The notes under the pieces are model-generated. The model was not told the DNA's origin, made no database searches, and worked only from the letters and a program-made list of their open reading frames with translations. From NCBI GenBank assembly GCA_951406725.2, contig OX597823.1, positions 46,872,001 through 46,936,000 of the forward strand: 64,000 bases of DNA, written 5' to 3'. Numbering within the stretch: position 1 is the first letter of the stretch; each line of letters starts with the position of its first letter. Positions 27,804-40,780 of the stretch are shown here, piece by piece. Source of the stretch: Octopus vulgaris (taxonomy: Eukaryota). Both the position numbers and the translations under genes were made by a program.

Positions 27804-28260
27804 TTACTTCATTTTATTTTTTTTTTTTTTGTTTAGTAATTTGATGTTCGGATATATTTCAGTTCTGTGTTGTTTAAACATATTGTGTTTGAGGCCGTCT
27901 GTTTTTTTTTTCGTAAGTTTGACTATTTCTGGTGTATAATTACTGCTATGTTTGTTGCGTTGTTTTCTAAGATTTTGTTTTATACATTCTTCTATAACTA
28001 TTTTGTTGAATGTATCAGCTACAGTCTCTCTGATGCTGATTTCGATGTTGTTGAATTCCGAAAACTTAGATTCTATGTCTTGATGGAACATTTTACCAGT
28101 TTGTTTTTTTAAAAAGTTTTTCTTCCTTTATTGACGAGCGAGTGTATTGTGATGATAATTTGTCGTAGTCCGAGTTGAAGAATTGTTTGGCAAGTGGTTT
28201 TGGTAGCTATATGTATGGTCCGGAAGGTGATTCATTGAGAACGTTCATATAGTCGGCTTG
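27804..28260 (-). pseudogene. Possible LINE ORF2 remnant (endonuclease-RT linker)
   Basis: K/N-rich ORF 27804-28091 and an SDH-like SDY upstream. Motif support is weak. Confidence 0.35.
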
Positions 28261-28611
28261 GTGAAGAACGTGTGTATAAGTGTATCTGTGTGTGTGTGTG
28301 CGTCTGCGTGCTTTGTTATACATTGTAGAGGATACAAAATGAAACTAGCTGCGATGTTATTGCATCACCTTTCTTGTTATCTGTATTATTTGAAAACCAC
28401 GAGGTGTTTAACACATTGAAGTTTCTCAAAACAATGGCGTTACTGAGACGAAAACTGATGCACCTTAGAAGTGTAACCATACAATGACTGTTGGTCAGGT
28501 TGGTGGTGGGTAAGAAATGTCTAATATATCTATTGCATTGTGTAGGTAGGTTCGTCTGTGATTATATCATTTTCTAATATAGCCCTGTTTCATGTTAGTT
28601 TTCGAAACGTT

Positions 28612-29010
28612 ACTCTTTCTCTCTCTTTTTCTTGTTTCAGTCAATTTGACTGCGGCCATGCTGGAGCACCGCCTTTAGTCGAGCAAGTCGACCCGGGGAC
28701 TTATTCTTTTGTAAGCCCAGTACTTATTCTATCGGTCTCTTTTGCCGAACCGCTAAGTGACGGGGATGTAAACACGCCAGCATTGGTTGTCAAGCGATGC
28801 TAGGGGAACAAACACAGACACACACACATATATATATACATATATACGACAGGCTTCTTTCAGTTTCCGTCTACCAAATCCACTCACAAGGCTTTGGTCG
28901 GCCCGAGGCTATAGCAGAAGACACTTGCCCAAGATGCCACGCAGTGGGACTGAACCCGGAACCATGTGGTTAGTAAGCAAGCTACTTATCACACAGCCAC
29001 TCCTGCGCCT
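28612..29010 (-). mobile_element. SINE family A, full length
   Basis: Head, body and tail present. Confidence 0.9.
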
Positions 29011-29194
29011 GCGTTATTTATGATATGTATATATTTCATCAAATTCTTGACGTATGTTTATAAGAAAACTCACGTTGTAAAAGAGATTGTTTCTAATAAT
29101 GTTGGATGTTTCGGAATTCTGGGTATAAGAATGTTTCCTGAATGACGTGGGTGATAATAAAATCATTTTACCGGGTAAGAGCACTGAGTAGCGA

Positions 29195-29375
29195 TTCTCT
29201 TTTACTCTTTTTTACTTGTTTTAAGTCATTTGACTGCGGCCATGCTGGAGCACCGCCTTTAGTCGAGCAAATCGACCCCAGAACTTATTCTTTGTAAGCC
29301 CAGTGCTTATTCTATCGGTCTATTTTGTCGAACCACTAAGTTACGAGAACGCAAACACACTAACATCGGTTGTCA
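29195..29375 (-). mobile_element. SINE family A, 3' part
   Basis: Tail similarity. Confidence 0.85.
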
Positions 29376-29689
29376 GACGTGTCCATCTTCTTGTCATGTG
29401 AGACTTGGAGTATCCAGGAATAGATTATGTAAAGTGTTCTTTTTAAAGTAAGTTGAGTTTTTTTAAAGATTAGACTGCTATTTCTAGCAGACAGATAAGG
29501 TGCATACATACTCCCTTGTTAGCTCGGCTGTGATAATAGTGGTGATGGTGGTAGTAGTACTAGTGGTAGTTTATCTTCAGATTATACTTTATTTTTAACA
29601 TGTGTTCAACTACCTACTTGTGTTGGTGTTGCGGTACGATTGCAAAGCCATAAAAAAGAGTGTAAGATTGTTATATTGCTTGGTGCATC

Positions 29690-30465
29690 TTTCGGAAATA
29701 TTTTGATAATAAGACGTTGCTTTATATATTTTTTGGGTACTCATTCGAAATATCAAATAAGCTATTTTCCATCACCTAGGGTTTCTCGCAATCTAGGGAT
29801 AAAATATACCATCATTTTTAGGTAAATCCACAAATGGTAGGACAAAATGAAACTAAAAGAAATGAATTTAGCAATTTATTTAGTAATTAAGATGGTACAA
29901 TCGCAGCTAAAAGGTGAGAGTATAGATTAGATTTTGACAAAGATTCCAATCATTGTTTGGATTCAGCACCACAAAATCTCTTCTTTTTCACTTGGAAACT
30001 TACTCCTGGAACTCTTTCGCTTATGAACATTTGATTGACTTTCCCGATGCAGCAGTAATCGGCCATCATATTGACATTCCATGTTCTCTGACATCTTTCT
30101 GTCTCCTTTATGCCTTGATGAAACCTTTTCCCCTGCCCCCCATTGACGTCTCCCAGATTTTCCGACAAGAAGTCCAAATGGGCATGTAAGAAATGAACTT
30201 TAATGCTCATTTTAAATCCTAAGTCCCCTCTTTTACTCTTTTACTTGTTTCAGTCATTTGACTGTGGTCATGCTGGATCACCGCCTTTAGTCGAGCAAAT
30301 CGACTCCAGGACTTATTCTTTGTAAGCCTAGTACATATTCTATCGGTCTCTTTTGCCGAACCGCTAAGTTACGGGGACGTAAACACACCAGCATCGGTTG
30401 TCAAGCGATGTTGGTAGGGGGACAAATACAGACACACAAACATATACACACACACACACACACAT

Positions 30466-30499
<34 letters not shown>

Positions 30500-31700
30500 G
30501 CGACGGGCTTCTTTCAGTTCCCGTCTACCAAATCCACTCACAAGGCTTTGGTCGGCCCGAGGCTATAGTAGATGACACTTGCCCAAGGTGCCACGCAGTG
30601 GGACTGAACACGGAACCATGTGGTTGGTAAGCAAGCTACTTACCACACAGCCACTCCTACACCTACGCCTCGAAAATTTTGTCGCATTTTCCCCCACTGT
30701 CTTTGTAATATGGATCCTTGTGATTAGCCAATAAGTTGTTCATCACATATTTAAAAGTAATCTTTTTCAGAATCACTAGGAGAATTTCAGAATTTTCCTC
30801 CTCAATGTGTTTTCTTATATCTAGTCCTACATGTTTACACACTCTTCAACCATGGCAACTGAGAAAGCAGTAAAGTTGCTACGCAGATACATGAAGCCCT
30901 CTCCACCCTGTGACAAGGCATTTATGAATTGCTTTAGGCCGGGTTTTGTATGCAGAAGAGGCAAAAGAACACTTTTCGGTCCAACCAAACTTTCTCAAAG
31001 GATCTGTTCCAGGTATCAGTGTACCCCTGCTTGGCCATTCTTTTTTAGATCAATGGAGGATTCTGGCTCTACTGTTCCACTCAAGAAAAAAAGAAGCTGT
31101 GTCGACTAGCTATTGTCCAACAACATGCAATATTACTTTCAAGTTGCTGTAAATCATCCAGTTGTGATCTTTGAATTTAATCTTGTGCAAGAGTGACAAT
31201 AAGTTTTCCTGATTCCTGAATCTTCACCTCTCAGTCCTTGCTATTTACGTCTGGTCCATGAACAAGTCGCAATGCAGTTGCGAGATGTGGATGATCAATG
31301 TTTCCCCCCACTCTTTGAACTGTGTCCTTGTACCTTGCATGAGCAAAAGTAGCAGTCATCACTGTGATTTTTAGGTTCGCCCCATATCGTTAGAACCCCC
31401 AAAATGAAATGACTTCTTTGTACATTTTGTCCATTGTCTTAGTCCTTCAACATAAATTGAGCAGGCCTTATGAGGAGCCCACTTCGTATCTTGGTCTCCC
31501 AATTTCACACCAAAGCAAGCATAATAAGATATTTTGACAAGTTCAGTAATGATTTTCTGACGCTTCTTAGTCATAAAGTCGCCATAAATGTACCAAAAGT
31601 TACCCGGGGTTTGCTGCACATCTAGATGACATCCATTCTTCATAAAACGCGGAATGTCTGTAAGGGAACGAGGTAGGGACATTTTTTAACAGGTTTCATT
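29690..31700 (-). mobile_element. Decayed CMC Chapaev3-like DNA transposon, interrupted by a SINE
   Basis: YYACFGVKLGDQDTKWAPHKAC...LRQW at the N-terminus, NHSDDCYFC, and MSIKVHFLHAHLDFLSENLGDV...QGKRFHQ...NMMADYC at the C-terminus. May extend to about 32198. Confidence 0.8.
30229..30668 (-). mobile_element. SINE family A, full length, nested in the Chapaev3-like transposase
   Basis: Near-consensus copy splitting the transposase fragments. Confidence 0.92.
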
Positions 31701-32342
31701 TGATCTACCATCTAAATGTATACATAATATCGTTAAAGAAGCATTGAAATGTAACATATGATACAAGAAAACAATGGATGTAGCATATATGAATTGAAAA
31801 CAGACATGAGGAATTAACTGAAATATAAAAGAAAATGTCTTAACCTAAGCAACCTTGTAAAGCACATCTTTCTCTCCTCACTGTTTGCAGGTGACTGAGA
31901 CGAATGTGATGCAGACACGTCTCTGTATAGCTGAAGCGTTCTAATCATTGCCAGATGCTTATTTTTCGAAATTACATTTATTTATACTGTTATAGTCTGT
32001 TTAAATATGGTAATTAATAGTAATAATAAAATACAATAGTCAAATTCAGGTATAATGGTAAAATGCAATGATCGAATTTGTGAAGAAACTGTACATGATA
32101 GGAAATTTCTTTGTAATTTTTTTTAAATCAGCAAGTAAAAAAAAAAATATCATTTTCACCCAATAAATATGAAACATTTTTTTGGTCGCAGCCCCGTGTA
32201 GTTTACTTTTCACTGACTGGTAACTAATTCTCATAAGTTCAAAGTCATTTTAACATTGAGAAAAAAGAAATGATCAAATTATCTTCTGTGAATAAGCAAT
32301 ACACGTAAAAGGAACAGCATACATTTAATGGTTGTTTGTAAA

Positions 32343-32800
32343 CTAATGAGACACCTGACTTTAATGTGATTTACTAATTTCATTTAGTCCCAGTGGAATA
32401 TTTGATAAAGCGATATGTAGTTCAATTTCCAACGATAATACGCAGTGCTGCGGCTTCGTTTTGATCTTAACTGAATGATGAGAACGTCATCTCAAAGAAA
32501 TATATGGTAGAAAAGGGAAGTAATGCTTTTAAAGCCTTTTTCTGCAATCTCTGGATATTCCTTTAGTGTCGTTATCCAGATTGTGTCAATAGAATGTTCG
32601 GAAAATTGTGAATTTAATGAGTTATCAGTGGGTTGGTTTAGTTCTGTAGCAGTGAGATTAGTAGTATCGTCAGAATTCACAAATAATGACACATCTTACC
32701 AATGAAAATGACTGACAAAAATTGTGAATCAGTGAATGTCGTAGTTGAATGTTAGAATATTAGTATTCGTATCTGTACTTTCGTATGATTAATTGTCTCA
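32343..32800 (-). pseudogene. hAT (Charlie/ZBED5-like) transposase C-terminal remnant
   Basis: IWITTLKEYPEIAEK..., KIKTK..., LHIALSNIP..., QVSH* match the hAT dimerisation-domain pattern. Confidence 0.7.
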
Positions 32801-33174
32801 GTGTTTCAAAAACACTGAAGTATGCCTGAAATCGCAGAATGGCCTTTTTTTAGGATCAAGTTTGTTTTTGTTTTATTTGGTGGGTTTTTATTTTTGTTGG
32901 AGGCGGAGGGGGAAGCGTCTGTATTGCTTATTGAAACAATTAGTTTTATATTGCTGGCTTTGATTCCTCATGATGGCTTAGTCGACGAAATACGCCAACG
33001 AGATATCCTGGCCCAGTACATTGATTATTGTGTTAAATATTGAGGAAATGAAGGCTTTCGATCTCTGAAAAACACAGCCACCTCAGTGTCCTGTTCATAA
33101 AAATAATGTAGTACTCTTTAAACGTGAAACAATCAACGCATTTCAGTATGAAACAAAACTATGAGAAATACGAT

Positions 33175-33584
33175 CACGTCGCGATGTTTATAACAGCTAC
33201 TGTTTATAACTCGCTCTAAGATTTATTATTGTTTGTTTACACTTTTTCGATATCAATGTCTGTACGATACTGGAAAAAGGATATGTATTTGTGAAGGGAA
33301 CCTACTTTTCATCGACAACTGTGATTGTCACACGCCGATGACGGGTCAATACCCAGAAACTCAAGTCCGTGTGTATCATAAGTTGAAGACGGGAAGGATG
33401 GCTTCCCTTTGCAAATACTGATAGGGCACAGAAAGTGTGTCTATAGCCAGCTGGAGGAGCTGTCCTCCTGGAGCTACAAACTACAGTAGCATCCACCCTT
33501 AGGGGTTAGCCATATTTAAATGGCAAATATACGTCACGATGTGTTGCAGTTACTGTTTATAACTCGCTCTAAGATTTATTATTG
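33175..33584 (+). mobile_element. Element bounded by about 55-bp direct repeats with an internal HHR; pLTR-like partial tandem
   Basis: tactgtttataactcgctctaagatttattattg occurs twice about 353 bp apart. HHR at 33329-33373. Confidence 0.65.
33329..33373 (+). ncRNA. Type-I hammerhead ribozyme, slightly decayed
   Basis: CACACG-CCGATGA-CGGGT-caat-ACCCA-GAAA-CTCAAG-TC-CGTGTG; 6-bp helix I. Confidence 0.8.
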
Positions 33585-35576
33585 AATGTATATAATGTAA
33601 TTAATGTACAGAATTGTTCATCTCAAAAATATAGAACGGGTAATTTTTTGTTTCATAGAAGTAATCATTGATGGCACCAATATCTGCACACATTGCTATC
33701 TTTCACTTCAAATCTCACATTAGTCCATGAGTGCAACCTGCAAGAAATAGCAGCCAAATAACACTCAACATTTTGCATTCGTAAAAAAAAGAAAGAACAC
33801 TTTGGATAATATTGTGTAATCGTCTGTGTGTTTGTGAATGAGAGTGTGTGTATGTGCCTGCGCGCGCGCGTGTGTGTGTGTGTGTATGTTAGAGCGCGGC
33901 GAGGCTATCCCAATATGTCACCTTCCAGTTGCAGCCTTGTAGGATGCCTGTAGTTACCCATGCAACAAGTCTCTACATGGCGGATGTTGTCAAAACGGGA
34001 AAATATCAATCCTGATACACCCTAGCACTAGTACTGCAGAAATGTGCAATTTGACAGACATTTGGCTGCTATTCTTAGCAAATTTCTCCTTCTCGCATTC
34101 TACTGACTCCACAGAACCACCGTCTTTATGTCATTTTGTTTATTTTCCTGTTGTAGTTGCCAATATTGTTGTCTATGTTCTTGTTATAGCGAAGAAGGGC
34201 ATGAAACTGGCGGTAATGAGCGAAGACATGGCTGTGTAGTTGATTAAGTTATTTAACAATTGACTATAATGTGCTATGTGTGTGTGTGTGTGTTTGTGTG
34301 TGTTTGTGTGTGTGTGGTGTGTGTGTGTGTCGCTCTCGGTATATTTACTCCTTTTATCAATATGTCGGATACGTTCTGCCCGGCATAAAAAGGCTGCTTT
34401 TCTAAAACTCCGATTTCCTTTCTCGGCTTAAACTGGCCTCTCCGTAATCGTAATTTTCTTACGATCTTCTCTTTCATGTTGTTCGATGATGACAAATCTC
34501 CAACGTTTTCTCTTGAAAATGCGTCAGGCACCATTTTACCAGTTTCAGTGATTCGAAGCCTTCAGGGATTTTTTTTGTTCCTCTTTCTGTTTGAGAGAGG
34601 AGAAAGATATATCAATACCATAGCTACATTCTTAACTTCACGACTTTTTTTTTTCATTCCCAGCCGTTTCCTTTATAATTAGTAAACTTTTCTTATGCTC
34701 ATCCCGTTTGTCCTATGCTCTTGATATAAAGAGACTTTAAACGTAGACCTGTTAAACTTATGAATTCAACGTCTGGAATAAAGTATGCAAACATATCTAA
34801 GAATGTATTTCACTATTGATATCCAGAATGCATTTTACTGGCTGTTTTAGTCTTAAGTACCTTTATATTTCGACACTCGCAAACGCGTACACACACACAA
34901 ATACATTCACACATTCTCACGCAAGTTTGTATACATATATATATATATATATATATACATAAATTAGTCTGAATGTGTTTGTGTGTGTGTGTTTTCAAAA
35001 CACGCTTAAATTTATGGAAACAGTTACAAGAGCATTTCCATTACTACTTGATTTCTCCATTACATAATTTCTAAGGTAAAATGATATTCCACACACATAA
35101 ATATGTGTGTATGTATGTGTGTATAGTATATATGTATGTGCATGTGTATAAATATACATGTATGTATATGTGTAAATAGACACAAACTTCTCCCCTTGGT
35201 TTTGTCTAAATATGAATCTGAAGTCCTTACAATTATCTACTCGACAGTTAAATCAACAGCGATGGAGCGGGGCAGGGAGAGATAGTACCAAGTATCTCGC
35301 TACTGAGTGTTCCGTTTAGCAATTATCTCTTCGAAATGAATAATATTAAAATATTGGTATCGAGGCAATTGACTGTAATATCACCTCTAATTATATGTCT
35401 CTATATCTAATCAAAGAAATCAATATGTGCATTATAATGAAGGGGACTTTAATTAAATGTACTATCACACACTGAAAATTTTGTTTGTTAATATATTGTG
35501 TTCTGAGAGGATTGTGTATATGCGTATGTATAGATAAGAACACACACACACGCATACATATACGTGCGTGTGTTTG

Positions 35577-35607
<31 letters not shown>

Positions 35608-36114
35608 TGTGTGTGTGAGTGAGTGTGTATCAGTATTCTCTAGGCTATAGAAATGTCTTGAACTCCATTGTCCTTCATTTTTCCGAACGGACTGTGATAG
35701 AAAATTGAGTTGACGCTGTGAAGCTGAAGCATTATATGTGCTGATTGTGTCTACTTTTAAAGGTTTGCTCCATGAGTACGCATTGTTTGTTCCGATACTG
35801 TTGTATGCTGTTGTAGTGACCACGCAAACCACCATCTAAAGAAGGCATGATCCATTTAACAACAAGTACTCACAAGCTCAACCATTACAATTTAGTTATT
35901 TGGCGGAGGTTAAGTATGTATATCAAACAGAGTCAAAGACAATATTATAAATTCAAATTCTTATATTATTATCTTTGTTTCTGAAGTTATAATAGACTCT
36001 GTTGCACCAAGTTGCTTGACTGCTGAATAAATGGATAATAAAATTTGTCTGAAAAACAAATAAAGAACGACATATTTCTAAGAATTTGAACTTTTATTAA
36101 ATATATATTATGAG

Positions 36115-36270
36115 GGTGGTGGTTTGACGTAATCGTTAGAGCTTCAACAAAATGCTTTGCGGTATTTCTTCGGGGTCTTTACACGGAATTGAAAGCCCGC
36201 CGAGGTCAACATTGCCTTTCGTCTCACTGAAGTCAATAAAATCTTCCTTCAAAATTACTGGCCTTGTGAC
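36115..36270 (+). mobile_element. SINE family B, diverged
   Basis: cccgccgaggtcaacattgcctttcgtctc core. Confidence 0.65.
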
Positions 36271-36304
36271 AGGAACACGCACACATATGTGTGTGTATGT
36301 ATAA

Positions 36305-36335
<31 letters not shown>

Positions 36336-37684
36336 TGTATGTATGTATGTATGTATGTATGTATGTATGTACGTGCGTACGTACTTACGTATGTATGTAT
36401 GTATGTATGTATGTATGTATGTATGTATGTATGTATGTATGAGTGGTTGTGCATGTATCTATTCAAAAGATCGAAGATTGGCGTAATTATTAACTTTGCA
36501 AAATTATTTATTACGTGCGCAATAATTTATCAGAAATCAATATAACTGTTTTTATTTATTTATTCCTTGTTTCAGTATTCCTTACTCTGAGTTTTGATTT
36601 CATGTTACGACAAAGAATCCAGTCTGATTCGGAACTGCTGATTCTCCATGCCAAAACGGGTGCTTATTTTGTTATTTTCATGCTCCCGATATATAAATAT
36701 GTACAAAATCTCCAATATAGCTCAAAATATCTACATGAAATTGTTATGTCGCACGTTCGGATGACCTCTTCTCTCTACTCCCTCTCTGCTCTCAACGTCT
36801 AGACTTCTTCTATATCTACGTATTGGGCTAGTCTACACACAACAGAACTAAAAATCATGATTCATTTAATAAGAAAAATGTCTAAATAAAATAGAGCATT
36901 TCTGGTAGCTCCAGCTAAATAAAAATTATATTTCTCCTGAATCTCATTAATTTTTTTTCTCGGTTAATTCAGATTTGGAGGCACAAACTTTGTTACAAGT
37001 GCTTTTTCTTTTAAATGTGCGTCTCAATACATTTCTATGACTGGTAATAGTGAAATAACTGTAATAACTAAATGATCGTCTGCCTACGATCAATCAAAGT
37101 TAAATTTCATGAGCTTATTCCGCTTTTTCTTTCTTTTTTTTTCTTTTTTTTTGGTTCATCCCAAAACGATATTTCCATACAGATCCATATCTTCTGGCCA
37201 CTGATACATTTTCTTAATTCTTACGTTGATTCTTTTTATAGTGGTCTGAATTGACTTATTTCAGATATTTGCTGATGTTTCTACATTTATACGAGATCTG
37301 ATCGGTCAGATTTGATCGTGTGTCTCGATCGGAAGCTTCCACATCAAGGGCCTGGGCAACATTTTCTTATGGAAGATCAACTGCGGCCCATTGAACAAGT
37401 CTTCCCTTTTTTGCTACTGTTGTTTTCCAAAGGAAAGACGATAATCAAAAAGAATTTGGCACGGGTGTTTTTGCAGACCCATCAAATGCATAAAAAGTAG
37501 AAACAAATAATCGAAGATGATTTAATAATCCCAGTGGAAGTTTAACTTAGGGACTGAAAGACCGGAAACAAATACCGAAGGACAGTTTGTCCGTTGATCT
37601 AAATATCTGCCAATCCATCTATTAGTTTATACACCACGCGTGTATATCTGTACAAATAAACATACATACACACGCATACATATC

Positions 37685-38025
37685 GTGGCACACCGTCTAT
37701 TACGACGACGAGAGTTCCAGTTGATCCGATCAACGGAACAGCCTGCTCGTGAAATTAACGTGCAAGTGGGTGAGCACTCCACAGACACTTGTACCTGTAA
37801 CGTAGTTCTCGGGGAAGATTCAGCGGGACACATATTTTGACACGGCTGGCTCTTTGAAATACAGGTACAACAAAAACAGCAAGAAAGTGTGAGAGAAAGT
37901 TATGGTGAAAGAATACATTAGGGTTCACCACCATCACCTGCTAGAGCTTCGTGGAGCTTTAGTTGTTTTCGCTCAATAAACTCTCTCAACGCTAGGTCTG
38001 CGAATCGAAACCGCGATCCTACGGA
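37685..38025 (-). mobile_element. SINE family C
   Basis: Matches 47785-48092 and 50275-50460. Confidence 0.85.
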
Positions 38026-38147
38026 ACTATAATAGTTAATAGCCCACTTGACTCTCATCTCTTTCTCACAATGATAAAAATATGAATCTCTTAAATTCAA
38101 TTCTTCTGCTATATCCTTTCTCAAGTTCATTGTAATTTTGTTTATAC

Positions 38148-38270
38148 TTCCTGCACTGAAGAGTTCAGTGATATATAAAATTAAATTAATTTAATTAATT
38201 TAATCTAATTCATTCAACCATGAATTTGCATTATTTTTATATCTTTATACGAAACGATCGTCTGCATGAA
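38148..38270 (+). ncRNA. Type-I hammerhead ribozyme with complete core and long AT-rich helix II
   Basis: TTCCTGCA-CTGAAGA-G...(86 nt)...C-GAAA-CGATCG-TC-TGCATGAA. Confidence 0.8.
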
Positions 38271-38416
38271 TTTTAAATTCTCTTATATATTTTAACAAAT
38301 TGTTCTCTTCATTTTTAACTACATTGATGAGTTTTATGAGACTTCTTTCCATAAGTTCATCACACATCATATATGTATGCACATATGTATATATCTACAC
38401 ATACACACATAATATG

Positions 38417-38791
38417 TATAAATAGAGAGAGTTAAGGAATGGAGTAGATAAAATATGTGCTATATATGTTTCATAGCGAGCAGAACTTCGGAAATGGTAA
38501 ATATCCAAGCGAGGTATATATCTCAGGTTACTCTCCAGACCAAGGGTATCTTAATTAAATGAAGTTATCCATGTCAACACACGGAGAATTCGATCAGAAT
38601 GAATCCTCCGTGTGTTAACATGGGCCTCTTAACGACAAAATAAACTTCATTTAATCAAGATACCCTTGGCCTGGAGAATAGCCTGCGATATGCACCTGGC
38701 TTGGATAATTACCACTTACGAGGTTCTGCTCGCTATGAAACATATGTAGACCGGATTTTATCTGCTCCATTCCTTAACTCTTGTATTTATA
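38417..38791. mobile_element. Diverged fold-back element with an HHR-like core in both arms
   Basis: Arms about 38417-38591 and 38601-38791. CTGGAGA-ATAGC...GCTAT-GAAA-CATATG-TA at 38671-38748. Confidence 0.75.
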
Positions 38792-39024
38792 TTCGCATAC
38801 GAGGCAACCCTGGCTGCCAACTGTAAATATGAAATAATTATTTTCAGCTTATCGTACTTCGATACGGATAATTCACAAACTTCCGCCCCATTAACCTTCT
38901 ATTCTTCCTGATAGCTATTTAAAAAAATTTTTTAATATTTTTTACGGATTGCTTGAAACTCACTTTCGTCCTACACTTCGATCCTTGGATCTAAAATTTA
39001 TATGCATTACGAGACAAAGAAAGA

Positions 39025-39146
39025 TTTTATCGCATCTTTAATGACCAACCACAATTGTTTCTGTACTAATTCTGATTTCAAGAACTGGAGTTGAAAACAG
39101 AATTGGTACAGAAAGAATTGTAATTAGTCATTAAAGATGTGATAAA
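39025..39146. repeat. Short fold-back with an HHR 3' half
   Basis: Arms 39025-39081 and 39091-39146. GAAA-(C/G)AATTG-T in both arms. Confidence 0.7.
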
Positions 39147-39352
39147 CTTTTACTATGCCTTCTTATTTGGATTACATTTTACTCTTTGTTAAATCCACAC
39201 AATGGTTTTTACCATTCTTTCACTTGGGTTTTTTACACCTGAAGAATTTCGATTTTACTTAAGACTATAATCCGAGAGTGAAAATAGCCTAAAGCTAAGG
39301 TTGATTGTTGCAATGGAATTTGAAATAGCCCATCTTACTACACTCCCAAGTT

Positions 39353-39410
<58 letters not shown>

Positions 39411-39413
39411 TTA

Positions 39414-39446
<33 letters not shown>

Positions 39447-39924
39447 CATTGCCTTGGAACTTATAGACAAGAAGTACGAGCAAAACATCAGTCCAATGTG
39501 TCCATTATTTCTACACTTGCCTGTTTACAAATACACGCTTTGAATTTCAAACGTAAACCGTAGCATACCTGTAGCTACGAAGCACAGGAAAGAAAAAATT
39601 AAAATTTAGAAAACAGAAAAGCATCATCGAATGGACTTTGAATTATAGAAGTTTAAAACTATAAAACATAAAAAAAAAAACGAAATAACTGTTGAACAAA
39701 AGCTTTTGAACGTGGCGAAAACATACTTTACCGATACATGAAACGGAAAATAATGGTAAGCTCCGAAATAATGAACCAAGAACTGTAAGCCTATAGATTA
39801 ATTCAAGAACAATGTTCAATAAAAATTGATACATAACACTCAGTAACATATTTAAAAAAAGGCGAGATCATAGTTCTTTGTCTTATAGGCACAAAGCCTG
39901 AAACTTATAGTATCCATAAATATG

Positions 39925-40477
39925 TACGTACGTTTGTACGTATGTATGTATGTATGTATGTATGTATGTATGTATGTATGTATGTATGTATGTATGCATG
40001 GATGCATGGATGGATGGATGGATGGATGGATGGATGGATGGGTGGATGGATGGATGCAATTATGTATTATGTATGTATGTAATGTAATGTATGTATGCAT
40101 GTATGTATGTATGTGTACATTTGCATATATCAATGCGTTGTCATCATTTGTCCTTGTGCGACGCATCTTTTATATTACTTTATTATGACTTCAGATTCGA
40201 AGTTATATGTATAAATCTGAACAGCACTTTGTTAAACTTTGCACGAAAAACATTTTGCTGGCTGTATCTCTGAAATATAAACTAAATGTATATACGTACG
40301 TGTGTCTGAATATGTATTTGTGCATCCATTTGAATATGTGTGTATAAAATGTAGAGTATATACGTAAGGGTATATACATTTTAATATGTGTTTGTGTGTG
40401 TATGAGAGAGAGTGAGGAGAGACAATGATGTTCCTGTATGTAAATTTAGGTATACATGTGTGTATATATCATACTAT

Positions 40478-40536
<59 letters not shown>

Positions 40537-40590
40537 GTATATGTATATATGCGTGTATGTATATATATGCATGTATGCATATATATGTGA

Positions 40591-40637
<47 letters not shown>

Positions 40638-40780
40638 TATGTATATATATATATATATATGCATGTATGTATATATATATATGTATGTATGTATGCATGT
40701 ATGTATATATATATATATATATGTATGTATGCATGTATGTATGTATGTATATATACGTACGTACGTATGTATGTATGTAT
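39925..40780. repeat. (TATG)n/(GGAT)n/(TA)n microsatellite cluster
   Basis: Direct reading. Confidence 0.9.

Noticed and set aside
28787-29023. Recurrent peptide ASFSFRLPNPLTRLWSARGYSRRHLPK
   Set aside because: Antisense translation of SINE family A, not a gene family.
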